A DNA stretch of 64,000 nucleotides from Elsinoe ampelina. Its lineage: Eukaryota. The position numbers and the translations under genes were made by a program. This document shows, piece by piece, positions 1 to 11,638 of the stretch. Positions within the stretch are counted from its first letter, which is position 1. Each line of letters begins with the position of its first letter. The notes under the pieces were generated by a model. It ran no database searches. It saw only the letters and a program-made list of their open reading frames with translations, and was not told where the DNA came from. Location: the NCBI GenBank assembly GCA_010093995.1, contig ML992511.1, positions 1,020,172-1,084,171 on the forward strand, given 5' to 3'.

Positions 1-1392
1 AGAGTTAGTATAAGTTATTAAAGTATTAACTATACCTAATAATGCCCCTAGCATATAGGCCCTTAGTAAGAACCTCTAAGGTAAAGCACTACTAAAAGAG
101 ATAGACCTTAGAAGCTCTATTAGTAGGTATATTAGGCTATATAGAATAGGCTAAGTAATAACCCTTAAGCTACTTAGGGTCCTTATAGGTTTAGGAGAGC
201 TAATAGGCCTTAGAGTTAGAGTATAGTTAGCTAAGGAACATCTAGTATATTAGTTGCTATAAGCATAGTAAGTATAGGCCTTATTAAGCTAACTAGGCAA
301 AGTAATACACTTACTAAACTTACTACTCTTGCCCTTGCTCTAATTATTACTAGGGTTAGATTCCTAACACTTAGTGTAGTAATTGGTGCTATAGTAAACT
401 ACTCTACTAGTAGCACTAGAAGCTATTAAAGTAGTAGAGTAGTTAGTAGATCTAGTAAGGTTAACTTACTTAGTTAGATCCTTAACTAGAATAGGATTAG
501 TAACTACTAGGTATATACTATAGGTACTAAAGGCCTAGACTACTATAGACCTCTAGATAGGATATAAGTTAGTATAGTTATAATAACTAATTATCCTAAG
601 CCTAAGAAGAGTATTCTAGATTATGTTAGCTAACTATTAAGTTAAAGTCTAAGTTAATTAAGCTATTAATGTTAGCTTATGCTATTAATGCTTTATAGCT
701 ACTTACTAAGAGCATTAAGACGAGCAATTAGTCTTATAGTAGTATTATAATTAACATTAGAAGTACTAGGTAACCTTAATAGAGGATTTCTCTTCTTACT
801 ACTACCTCCGCCACCTAGTAGACTACTTAGAGCACTAGCACTAGCAGCAATGCTGCTAATGCCTAGCTATTACTACACTGTAGCGCTTATATTATAAGTG
901 TTATTAATATAGTATAGTAAGAAGGTAAAAGTGTTATATAAAAGAAAAGGCTACTACTATAAGTGTAATAAAGGAAAGAGAAATTATAAAGAGGCTAGTT
1001 AGATACTTATATCTCTTTAATTAAGACTTATAAGCTAGTCTATTTACATAAACAATGGCTGCCTAGCTATTGTTAATAGTTACTATTGTTGCTAGCAATT
1101 ATAAGCTAAACTGATAGTGAATTCTCACTAATAATTAGCTAACACTAATAATCATAAGCAATTATAAAGAGATAAAGTAATAAGCTAATTACTTCACTTA
1201 CATGTAATAGGACAGTTCTCTAGCTTTAGTAATCTATACCAGAGGGGGAGTGTTGTAATGGAAGGCTGGTATAGCTTCTCTAGTACTAAAGAACTGGTAC
1301 TGATAAGTTAGCGCACGCACAGTAGATAAATCGGTTATTGTAACTCTCTGAATGAAACACACGTCTCTCGATCCGATTTGCTAGTTACAACA
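1..1392 (+). mobile_element. 3' end of a RIP-degraded LTR retrotransposon (internal region + PPT + 3' LTR), truncated by the window start
   Basis: Very AT-rich and TpA-saturated. Polypurine tract AGAGGGGGAG (1241-1250) is immediately followed by TGTTGTAA (1251), and the segment ends in its exact inverse TTACAACA (1385-1392). Superfamily not determined. Confidence 0.85.
1251..1392 (+). repeat. Long terminal repeat (142 bp, TG...CA, 8-bp terminal inverted repeat)
   Basis: TGTTGTAA...TTACAACA directly after the PPT. The following CCTCA (1393-1397) is the candidate target-site duplication; its partner lies outside the window. Confidence 0.85.
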
Positions 1393-1429
1393 CCTCAGTC
1401 ATCACAAAACAAGACAACACACGCCAAAA

Positions 1430-2131
1430 ATGCGAAGCGTATTCCTCATTGCGCTCACTGCGCTTCAACTTGTCGCTGGTGCGGCTGTTCCCTCTCCAGG
1501 ATTGGAGGACAGTATTGCAGTTGTCCTTGAACCCGGCAAACACTACAGTGCCGAGGAACTGAAAGGTCTTAAAGACGCAGCAATCGCCAGGGGGCAAAAG
1601 CCTGGATTTCCCTCCGAGCTCTTCGAAACAGTGAGCGAAGCTACCACGGACGTCACGGTGGCCAAGAGAGACTCGGAACAGGCCTTGGAGAAGCGCGCCA
1701 CGACCACCCACGCCTTGCAGGCCAATTGGGCGTACACCTGCCCGATCCTGAGTCACCAGTCCAAGCAGTTCAAATGGCGGGTGAAGTACAACTACAACAC
1801 CGGAGTGATCAATTATGCTGGCGAATTGAACATCGATGGTTGGAAGAGCCCCTCGACGTCGGGTCATACCTTTCAAGCCAACTGGTATCACAGTGTCTGC
1901 CTCCACTTCGGTACCAAGATTTGTATCTGGCATTGGGAAGCTAGTACTGGTGGAGTCACTGCCGGCGAGACCTTCTCGTTGTCCATGACCACCGAAAGCA
2001 ACTTTCCCGGGGAGCTTAATCCTACGGTTACAGAGAGCTGTGTGGATGTCGGCTCCGGCGGCGGCGGCGTCTGCCCTGCCGTAGGCGGCGGTCGATGCCG
2101 AAACGATGATATCAGGGTGATACCGTATTAA
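1430..2131 (+). CDS. Secreted small Cys-containing protein with Kex2-type pro-region (effector/toxin-like), 233 aa
   Basis: Signal peptide MRSVFLIALTALQLVAGA, dibasic sites VAKR and LEKR, 6 Cys in the mature part, uninterrupted ORF. Confidence 0.8.
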   Translation: MRSVFLIALTALQLVAGAAVPSPGLEDSIAVVLEPGKHYSAEELKGLKDAAIARGQKPGFPSELFETVSEATTDVTVAKRDSEQALEKRATTTHALQANWAYTCPILSHQSKQFKWRVKYNYNTGVINYAGELNIDGWKSPSTSGHTFQANWYHSVCLHFGTKICIWHWEASTGGVTAGETFSLSMTTESNFPGELNPTVTESCVDVGSGGGGVCPAVGGGRCRNDDIRVIPY

Positions 2132-2466
2132 AGGAAGGGGACTTGTAAAGGAAGCGGGACGTGAACGGAGCAAGGATATCTTTTTTTTGGCTCCATCTCA
2201 CACCAAGGGTCGCGACCAATCGCCTTTAAGTAGCAATCCTTATTACTATAGTAATAAAGACTTCTACAATTGTTACCAATACTGCTCTAAATAGCCTAAT
2301 AAGGCGACTTGGTGACTTATTCGATGAGTCTTTTTCACTTTAAGGAGTGCTAAAGAAACACGACGTTGCGGAGGTGTGAAACCGAGCCTAAAAATGGCTG
2401 CAATGTTCCCTCTCGACCATCTTCCCCTCGACCATCTTCCCTCGGATACAATCCCCTCGAGCATCC

Positions 2467-4964
2467 TCAAAACAAATCCCTCATAATCCTACTCAACTCA
2501 TCCTCCCCCCCAAACCCCTCCATCTCCCCCAACTGTCCCGCTCCCGGCGTCTGCCCAAACCCATTCTGACCCCCTACACCTCCTGCGGCAAACCCATTCA
2601 ACGCCCCCGCCGCCTCGAACAAACTCGTCAGATCATTCGCCATATCCCCCGGGCTCGCCGTCGGGAGACTACCCGCCTGCCACCCCGCTGGTGTCTGAGG
2701 GAAGACGTCGAAAGGGTCCATGTTTGCGCTGGAACCTCGGTTGCCCTGGGCTGCGAGGTCCGCCATTGCCAGGGCAGCGGAGCGGGAGGGGTCGTCGTCG
2801 TTGCCGTTCCCATTGGGGGTGGGCATAGGGTAGGAGGAGCGGGAATTGTGATGCCTGCCGCCTGAACCGTTGTTGTTCGTGGAGATGACCAGGCCAAGTT
2901 TTGGGCCAACTTCCTTGAGGTGCCGAATCGTGCGCCAGAGCCGCTGGCTGACGTAGCTGCCTTTGGAGAAGCCGCGGACGAGGTCGAGGGCGAGGGAGAA
3001 TTCGTCGCGGACTTGGTCGGCGAAGGTGGCCGGGGCGTGGGAGACGGCCAGGAAGAGGACGGCGAGGGCGGAGGTGAGGAAGGCGTTGAAGAGGACTTGG
3101 CTGGTTTGGTACATTTGGCTGCTTGAGTTGAGTTTGCTGAGGATCTTGATGGTGTCTTGGGCGACGTTGACGACTTCTTGTGCCTGTGAGGTATTCTTCA
3201 TGATGCTTGTGGCGGAGTAGAGGACAGGTCGGTATATATTGATTAGCATGCTGTTCTGGCGCATGTAGAGAATGATGCGGAGGCGAAGATTGCTGGGGTT
3301 CAATAGAGCTGGTGAGTTGAGCTGGTCGAGGTCTGAGTGCTCAAAGCGGAGTGACGGTGGTAATGATCGTTGCCACTGTCGGACTTGATATGATAGATAG
3401 CCCACATCGGACCGAGTCATTGTGCTCTCGTTATGGTTGGTGCCAATTGCACTCCAGACTTTTGAGCCCAGAGTGTTGTAGTCGATCATCGCTGAAAGGT
3501 ACAAAGACTTGTCGCCCTATACTGACTCAGTGAATACTCGAGTCACGCTTTCAGTATACGTACCGGTCGTGGCAACTCCGGATCAATATCCGCATCCTGC
3601 AAAGCAAACGGCAAGCCCGTGCCAAACGACCACCTCCTGTCAAGACTGTGTATAGACCAAAACAGCAAGATCGCCGAATCCCTATCCTCCGAGGACATAT
3701 TCTGATAAGTTTCCTTCCTATGCAACCCCAACTCAATACACAACCTCGCCGTCAACCCAATCACCCTCCACGAAGTCGACTCCGAATCGCAATGGAAATG
3801 AAACATAGCCTGTCCCCTCATCAGCACGTTCTCCCCGCATCATCCACTCATACTCACCGCCAAAGCCAACAACCTCACCTCCTTCAACCCCGCATTCCCC
3901 AACAACAACGCATCAATCTGCGGCTGGACACAATCAAACAACCTCTGACCCAACTCACTCTTTCCCTGCCCCTCTACAATCAACGCCGTCGCCAGCACCA
4001 ACTTGAGCAAATTCGTGTCCTCATCGTAAATCGCGTCCGCCCCGGGTAGGTCCAAGCGCATCATACTCGCGCGAAGGAACGCATCGATGAATTTATACAA
4101 CGTGTTCGTGTGAGACCGCAGATGCGCGAGCGACACGACGGGGTACATCTCGTGCATTTCCTCCTCGTAGACACTCAACAGACGGAGCGCTTCCTCGCGG
4201 GACACGGACCAGATCGGGTCTTTGGCTTGGGGGCGCGCGGTGGAGACTAATTGAGGGATGGGGAGGCCGGAGGGGTCGAGGCGTGGGGAGGCTACGGGGG
4301 TGACATTCTCGGTGCGGTCGCCTTCGGGGCCGGACTCGGATGCGATGCCCATGTTGTGGAGACTGCTCTTTGCTACGTCGAAGCTGAATGCGCTGCTGGT
4401 TGGGCCGCGGAAGGTGGGAGGGCGGGGGCCGGTTTGAGATTTGGTGCGGTTGTGGGTCGGGGAGAGCATGGGTGCTGGGGAGGGGATGCCTTGGTTGTTC
4501 ATGTAGTTGGGTTGCAGGGAGGGGTCGAGGGGTGGGTTGCTCGAGGCGAGGTCGTTGCGGAGGCTTGAGAGGTTGGCGAAGAGGGCGTCGACTTGTTCCT
4601 GGAGAGAGGATATGTGCGCGTTCATTTGTCTGAACTCGCTGGGGACTGTCAGTGACATATTGTGAACAGGATTGAGTTGCAGTACTCGGTGTCTTTGAAG
4701 TTTGTCCCGCAGCAATTTGGCGCATACACGCATTCGAGGTTGAGGTTGCCGCAGCGCTGGCATGGCGAATTGCCATTACACTTGATCTTGCGTCGCTTGC
4801 ATTCATTGCTATACCTGTTAGCTTTCCAGCCTCTTCCCGCCTGATCGTCCTGCCCACCAAGCTATCGAGATGTAGCGATTGCGCTTTGCGCGAGGTTGGC
4901 CATTGCCGTCGTCTGCTTTCCGTTTCGACCCATTCGTATCAGTCGGACTGAGTGCCGGATCCAT
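2467..4964 (-). CDS. Zn(II)2Cys6 transcription factor with fungal-specific TF domain (multi-exon)
   Basis: ATG at 4964 gives MDPALSPTD...RYISIAC, spliced to NECKRRKIKCNGNSPCQRCGNLNLEC. Downstream exons carry the ELGLHR...FWSIHSLDRRWSFGTGLP motif of the Fungal_trans domain. Stop at 2467. Confidence 0.9.
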
Positions 4965-5728
4965 GGTCGCGTAGAGTTTAGCAGGATCGCCACGGCAACC
5001 TGTGGACAGGCTTGATCAAGGTTAGCAAGTTATGAGGTCGGAGTGGACGAATGGTGAAGCAGCCAATCGAGTGACAACGAAAATGCCAAGACATGGAGAG
5101 TCGGGAGACTCGCGGGGAACGGACCCTGATTCGGTAGACAAGCACGTGAATCTGCACATGTGGAACAAAGTCAGGCAAATATATCGATTCTCGACTGGAG
5201 ACGGGTGTATCTACAACCCCTTCCGCCTGAAGGCTTCCAAAGAAGAAAGACACCCTCTGCAGCTATGTAGATTACATCCCTGGACGTGAAAAGCCTCCGT
5301 TCAGCATTCCCGCCTCATCAGCGTCCGCTCCAGATCAATCGAATGACACACAGTCCTGTCAAGTTTCGTCCGGTCACTATCGTCCAGGACTGTATGTCGT
5401 AGTCTGATTAGGACCGCAGAGAGCGTGATGCTCGATGCCTCGTTCCAAAGAGTGTGGCTAGCGTCACAGCTGCCTGACAGAGGTTGACGCGCCGATTTGC
5501 AGCAACGATAAGAAGTAAATCGCTTGTGAAGCCATCTATGTTGCTTTTGGTATGATTGCTCCAACGCCTGATAGCAAATGCTCCAATGGTAAGATAATGC
5601 TGCAGGCTCACCGTGTAGAGTCACATGGGCATTCCTTATTGTAACAGTCTGCTGAATGGTGGAGCCGGTGAAGCGACGACTGTGTCGCTCTGTTAGTGGT
5701 ATCGCGTTGTAAGAGAAAGTAGAGTTGT

Positions 5729-8700
5729 TCAAGAGTCCAGCTCAGTCTTCAGTGTCTCGCCAAGAGCATCGCCCAGCTTCTTGCGATTCTTAAGGTTGAG
5801 AGAGCCATCGCGCCAAGCTCCAGATAGATGCTTGAATGCAGGGCGGGAAGATCTCGAGCTCTCATTCTTGAGGAGCTCAGCATAGTCGTTGACGATATGC
5901 TCGCGGACACCAATCTGACTGGCAAGTGCTTCGCTGTAGTATTTGATGAGATTTGTCATCCCAACGTCGTTGTGTCGCTGAGTGGCATCTTCGGATGCCA
6001 GATTCTTGAACTCGTGATACATCTGAGAATTAAAGTTGCGGATAAGGAAGTGTGACCAGAATTGGTATAGTACATCAAGGTCGTATGGACATGTGCCAGT
6101 AGCAGCAGCATCGCGCTGAGCCAAGGCTTTTGAGCGGAGAATGGTGTAGAGTTCGCCGGTAGTACCAATCGGAAGTTGAGCACTGTCAACGGGATCAGCA
6201 CGATCTTTGACCCAGTACAGGTCGACATCGCTGTTGGCTTGCTCGCCAGACTTTTGCGCGGATGTTGGGCTGGCAGGTGTTTCGCTGGGGATGTCAGCCA
6301 AGTTAATGTGATCAAGTCAGAGCATGTACCTGTGGGAACCACCAGTGCCGTTGATCATGGGCGCAGCAGCTTGTGATCTGGTAACTTCTTCCATGATACT
6401 CCGTGAGTCGATAGAGCCATTCGAGAATGTACGCGAATTGGCATTGTGCAAAGCTGGACGAGTCGACACTTCATGCTTTCGCACAACCACAGTAAGTCCC
6501 TCGATTTGTGATGATGGGAACTTGTCGGCCTCGCCGTCCTGAGGTGCTGAGCCAAACCCGTTTGTCAAGGGTGAAGCAGTGCTATCGCGATGCTGTGGTC
6601 TGACCTGACGTCCTCTAGACTCTTCCATTGGACCTGGCTGGAAGTCTGCAAACCTTGGATCCATCTGGCCAGGAAAGAATGTAGGGGCAGCAGCGGCATC
6701 CTGAATCTGGAAGGTGTCACGACGTCCGCCGCCAGTCATGGAGCCAGGGCTCTGTGGGAACGGAGGCTGGTCATAGAACTGGTTGCGGACCGGCGAAGGA
6801 CGGCGTAACTCACCAGGTCCTTCCGTCTGTGCAGCTGGATCACGAGCGTCCATGGGCATCACCCAGCGCTCCCAATCACGTACTTTGCGCAGTCGATCCT
6901 TGCCATCAGACCCGATACGGATCTCAATTTCATTCGAGCGAAGGCATGCCTGTTTGAGAATGTCGTACTCCGTGGTCATTTGCTTGACTCGATTAAATCC
7001 AGCAATGACCTGTAGGAAGATCCATCCTTGGGAGTCCATGTGCTTGCGGAGGAAGACATCTTTGGGCAAATTGTCTAGGGAGAAGTAGTATTCAATCTGA
7101 CCAAGGACAGTCATGATGAGCATTTCCTTCTCAGACGATGGGTGCACCGGGTATGGGCCTGCGCTGTATGGCCCATAGTAGTCAGGCATGAATGGCTGCT
7201 GCATAGGCGCCATGGGGTAGCCGGGATACCCACCTGGTCTTCCATAGTCGAATGGAATTGATTGGGAGCGAGGACCTTGATTTCGATATCCGCGACCACC
7301 ATGAGATCCTCGACCACCAGGGAAAAAGTTGCCACCAGTCGGCGACAGCGGCATCTGGTTGGGTGGGAATTCGGCGTAGCCAGCAGCATATGGGTTCGGC
7401 GATGCGAAGCTGTTGTTGTAGCCTCCGCGACCACCTTTGCGTCCTCCACGCTTGCCTTCACGGAAGCTACCAGGTTCGCGACCAGAGTCGTACAAGTGTG
7501 GCTCCGAACGTCTTTCAGAGTAAGTCGACCTTGGTGTCTGAAATGGCTCCCCATTTGTAGCAGCATCGGCTGGCCCTGGTAGTGACAATGCCAGATCCTG
7601 TGGGTGCTCAGACTGGCTCTTCTTGGCCGAGTCGCCATTTGTCTGAGGCGCTGCCGACTGTTTGTTTGGCGTGTCCTGGACAATCGATCGTCGATTTTGA
7701 TGTTCAGCATACTTTGGCGAAGTCCGACGCGCTGTAAAGGGCACTGCACGGCCATTGAGGTCTGATTGCTCTGTTGGCGTGACTTCAGTTTCCTTGGAAG
7801 GAGACACCCCATTCTGTTGCTGAGGTGCTCCAGTCTTTTGTGAGCTCTCGATATCGGTCTGAAGCTTTGCAGGCGGCGGCGGCATGGTGTCGCGATCTGC
7901 TTGGGGAGCGCCAGCTTGAGCGGCCTGCTTGTGGTCACCATTCGGTAACGAAGGGACACGTCCACCAGGGCGCTGCTCTGTTGCGGGCGATGCCTGCGGT
8001 GGACCTCGGGGACCACCAGGACCAGGACGGCCGGAGCCTTTACCCATTCGTGCACTTGGCTTGCCTTCGATTCTCGTCTCGAAGACAGCTGTTGGCGTGA
8101 AAGGAACATGCTCCCAAACAGGCTTGCCATGCTTGGAGCCGGCGGATGGGACACGCTCCTTTTCTTCGACCGACTTCTTCTTCTCCTCGTTTGTGACAGT
8201 ATCTGTCGGCTTTGGCCAACTTGCTTGACTCGACGTTGATGGAGCCAGCAGCTCGGAGTTTGCGCGATCGCGCGGCTTTATAGGTGCTCGCTTGGTGTCG
8301 TCTAGTCTTGGTTCTCGTGGACCTCTGCCACCCTTGAAGTCGCCCCGGCCTCTGCTAGGGAGCTCACCCCTCTTGAAGTCGCGACCGGCAAATGGTTGCT
8401 CAGACCTCCTACGACCATCAAACTTGCCACGATCACCCTCGGACGTGGTGGGTTGCGACTGTGTTTGTGGTGCTGGTGTTGGTTTGGTAGGTACATGTGC
8501 AGCGACCTTTGCCTTCAGCTCGGCGGCGCGCTTGTCCCAGATGTTCACCGTAGGTATCTTGGCCTCCTGCAAGACAGGCTTGGGAGGTTTCACTTCCTCT
8601 GCGTCTTTCTTCTCATCATCTGCACCAGCCTCGGTAGAGGCTGCAGTATCAATCTCCTTTGTCGTCGAGCCATTCTCTTCGTTGGGAGCGTCCTTGTTTG

Positions 8701-9004
8701 ATGTAGCATCTTTCTCCTCGAGTGTCGTGGTTTGACTCGATTGCACTTTCTCGTCAGACTCGGGAGTTGTCTTGTCACCCTGCTTGGTATTCGAAGAAGG
8801 TACTGAGGAGATATCGGTGGATGCCTGGCTCATAGTCTGTGCGCTATCCTTGGACTCTACATCATCTGCCCAATTCGTGCCCGGAGCTAGTTCGGGTATC
8901 GATGTGGTAGCTGGGGTTGTAGTGCCGGACGCACCAGCGCTGGATGGCTTTGTGGAAGGATTTGAGCTGGATCGCCCTTTGGCAATTGCTGCATAAGAGG
9001 CCAT
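5729..9004 (-). CDS. La-motif RNA-binding protein (LARP1/Sro9/Slf1-like) with DM15-like C-terminus
   Basis: La motif QIEYYFSLDNLPKDVFLRKHMDSQGWIFLQVIAGFNRVK, RGG-rich region, intron 6329-6285 joining an exon with LYQFWSHFL. Start (MASYAAIAKG, 9004) uncertain. Confidence 0.9.
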
Positions 9005-10132
9005 CTTGACCTTGTGAAGTGGTGAAAGGCCAGGCACTGGCCAGACAGGTAGGTACAGCAGTCAAGGACTGAGTCTGTCTTGTGTCCGGAGAGGTTTGTT
9101 ATTCAACCTCTCCGCACGGGTCCTCGTTTGTGATTTCCGCAGTGACAACTAATCTCTTGCCGAGTGTGATACGTTGAAGCTGTGGATTTCTCCTTTCGGG
9201 TATAAAAAAAAATGTCGGCGGGATCGAGTCGAGATGTAGCGAAAAATTTGGACTGCGAACCAGGATCTGGAGGTCCTTTCCAAGTAGCGACTACCTCTGA
9301 GTGGCTGTACAGAGAAAGTCGGGCGTGGGTGGTGACAGCTCGTGTGACGTGGGATCGAATATAGAGCTGGCCAGGTGGTAGGGAAAAAAAGGTCGATCCG
9401 AGGTCAGGGAAGCAGTCGCACTGCGAAGGCTGCCGTATATGTCCCGGCTCAGTAGAGAGCGACCAGTCGAACAACGAGCTTCTTAGCGAAGCAGCTGCTG
9501 TAGCGAGCTGTGAACGTGAGTCGGCGTACGAAAGGTAGTATGAGCACAAGCGGAGGTCGAATTTTGAGGAAAAACCACTGCTTCTCTCAGCACGGGCCAA
9601 GGGCGAGTGAAGTGTCCCGTCGACGGGAGGAAGCCGGCAAAGACCAAGGACACCACGTCAATTCTGACCAGAATGACCCCGCTGTGCCCGCTATGGTCGA
9701 TCGAATTGAGTGGTGAGCTGACGGAATGCCGGCCGGTTTCTGTGTCACAGAGGACAAAGCAGTGAATGGGCACGGAATGGTCCAAAAATGAAGTCAGTCC
9801 TCTCAAAATGATCGGCCAAATGGACAATTCAAGAACGGCCACATGCGAGGATTTATTTAATTTTTTTTCTACTTTCTAACGAAGCAGACCACCTCAAGTG
9901 ACGGCCCTAAAGAAGTTACCAATTGTGGAGTCGTTTTTAACGAACCTGCCACCATCGTGCCTGGCATCGAAAAGGCGAGACAAGACAAGTGTTGCTCGGC
10001 TCGGCTCTTTGCGGTGCATTGCAGGACAAGAAGGTCTCCAAGTCTTCGACCATTACCACTGCTGCGTAATTTAGCCAGGTACCTTTCTCTCTGTGACAGA
10101 AGAAGTATCATGCAGGCATGTTCTACCCTGAC

Positions 10133-11638
10133 TCAATTATGAAGACTGATCCTCCCTGCGATTAACCCTGGCAGCACTCCGAGCACTTCCGCAAATGCCA
10201 GCTTGCGTATTTCCCCGACCTCTCTCTTCCTTCTTCGTGACTTGACTTCTTCTACATCGATCTCTTGAACTCTTCCGTGCGGACCGAAGACACAAGTCTT
10301 GTCCGCATTCCATGGCTGTCTGCCGTGGATCCACTCGAGGTATCTCCGTCGTTGCTCCTTTGCCAGAGCTTGCCCCGCTGGGTTCACTGAAATGTCGAAA
10401 CCCTCAAACAAGTATAACAGATCCACCGCGTGGTGAGCTCTTGCTGATGCTTGCCACGGATTCGCTTGATCAAACAGATAGACATATGCAGTCTTCCCTT
10501 GTTGCTTGAACAAGTTCGCCAGATTCCAGGTAGGCATTGCCCAAAGCACATCATTGATCAAATCCAAAGCTCCGTGTCTCGCGCTGCTTGCCCGATCCTT
10601 GTTGATGTGATATAGCTTCTTCAACTTCTCTCCCGTCACCCCAGATTTCGTGAAAGACGCATCAATCTCCTCCCCAGACAACCCATCCACCCCATTTTTC
10701 CACAACACACTCTCATACTCACAATCCCCCACCACCAACTCCTCCACCCTACCCGTCTTCGTCTGCCAATCCTTCAACCCCTCCTCCACCTGCAAAAACA
10801 CACTCACCACCCCCGCCCCCCTCTGCGCCCTAACCAAATCCTCCACCGTCGCCTTCTCCAGATCCCCATCCCCTCCAAACCCCTTCAACTTCTCCCTCAC
10901 CGGCCCCCTCACCCCCGCCTCTCCCACCGCGTCCGGCCTGGGCCCACTCATCCACAAACTCCCACTCATCAACGCCACCCTCCTCACCTCCGCCCCCATG
11001 ACGACCATCGCATGCGCCAACGCCGCCCCGGCCGACTCTCCAGCAAGGGTAATCTGCTCCGCATCCCCTCCAAACCCCCCTATATACCGCCTCGTCCACT
11101 CCAACGCAACCATCAAATCCCGCAGTCCAAGATTCTTCCTCGTCTCCGAATCCCCAACATGGAAAATGCCAAGACGGTACTGCACCGAAACCACCACCAC
11201 CGGCGTCCCGTCCGCGACGCTCTGGCTCACGAACGTCCTCACGTCGCCGATCTTGCTCCCCGCGTTGCCGTAGGAGACGACTTGGCTGCCGCCGTGGACC
11301 CAGAAGAAGACGGGGAGCTTGGCGTCCTTTTGGGTATCTGAGAGGTCGGGAACAGCGATATCCAGGTTCGTGCAGGCGAATTCGTCTTCCGTGGTGGAGA
11401 ACCAGATGTCCCCTTCTGGTTCGCGGAGGAGGTAGCCTACGTCGACGGGGATCTGGGGGCACCGTGGGCCGAAGGTGGTGGCGTTGATTGTGGAGCCATA
11501 GGTGGTGAGAACAGAGGGGTTGGCGAAGCGGTGCGGGATGGTGGCGTAGGGGATGCCGCGGTAGTGGGTGTAAGGGGCTGAAGGGGGGCGGTGGCCTTGG
11601 AAGGTGGTGTCGAGGGTGGGGTGGTGGAGGGATGACAT
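10133..11638 (-). CDS. Type-B carboxylesterase (alpha/beta hydrolase)
   Basis: YRGIPYA, EDEFAC, WVHGG, nucleophile motif GESAG and HAVDL His motif. ATG at 11638. Confidence 0.92.
   Translation of the reverse strand: MSSLHHPTLDTTFQGHRPPSAPYTHYRGIPYATIPHRFANPSVLTTYGSTINATTFGPRCPQIPVDVGYLLREPEGDIWFSTTEDEFACTNLDIAVPDLSDTQKDAKLPVFFWVHGGSQVVSYGNAGSKIGDVRTFVSQSVADGTPVVVVSVQYRLGIFHVGDSETRKNLGLRDLMVALEWTRRYIGGFGGDAEQITLAGESAGAALAHAMVVMGAEVRRVALMSGSLWMSGPRPDAVGEAGVRGPVREKLKGFGGDGDLEKATVEDLVRAQRGAGVVSVFLQVEEGLKDWQTKTGRVEELVVGDCEYESVLWKNGVDGLSGEEIDASFTKSGVTGEKLKKLYHINKDRASSARHGALDLINDVLWAMPTWNLANLFKQQGKTAYVYLFDQANPWQASARAHHAVDLLYLFEGFDISVNPAGQALAKEQRRRYLEWIHGRQPWNADKTCVFGPHGRVQEIDVEEVKSRRRKREVGEIRKLAFAEVLGVLPGLIAGRISLHN

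Noticed and set aside
400..720. Plus-strand reading resembling a copia RNase H end
   Set aside because: Motif matches were loose and not in one frame. The minus-strand Cys-rich reading is more coherent, so no superfamily is assigned.
2408..2445. Short tandem duplication CTCGACCATCTTCCC x2
   Set aside because: Simple slippage-type duplication in a 3' region; no further support.
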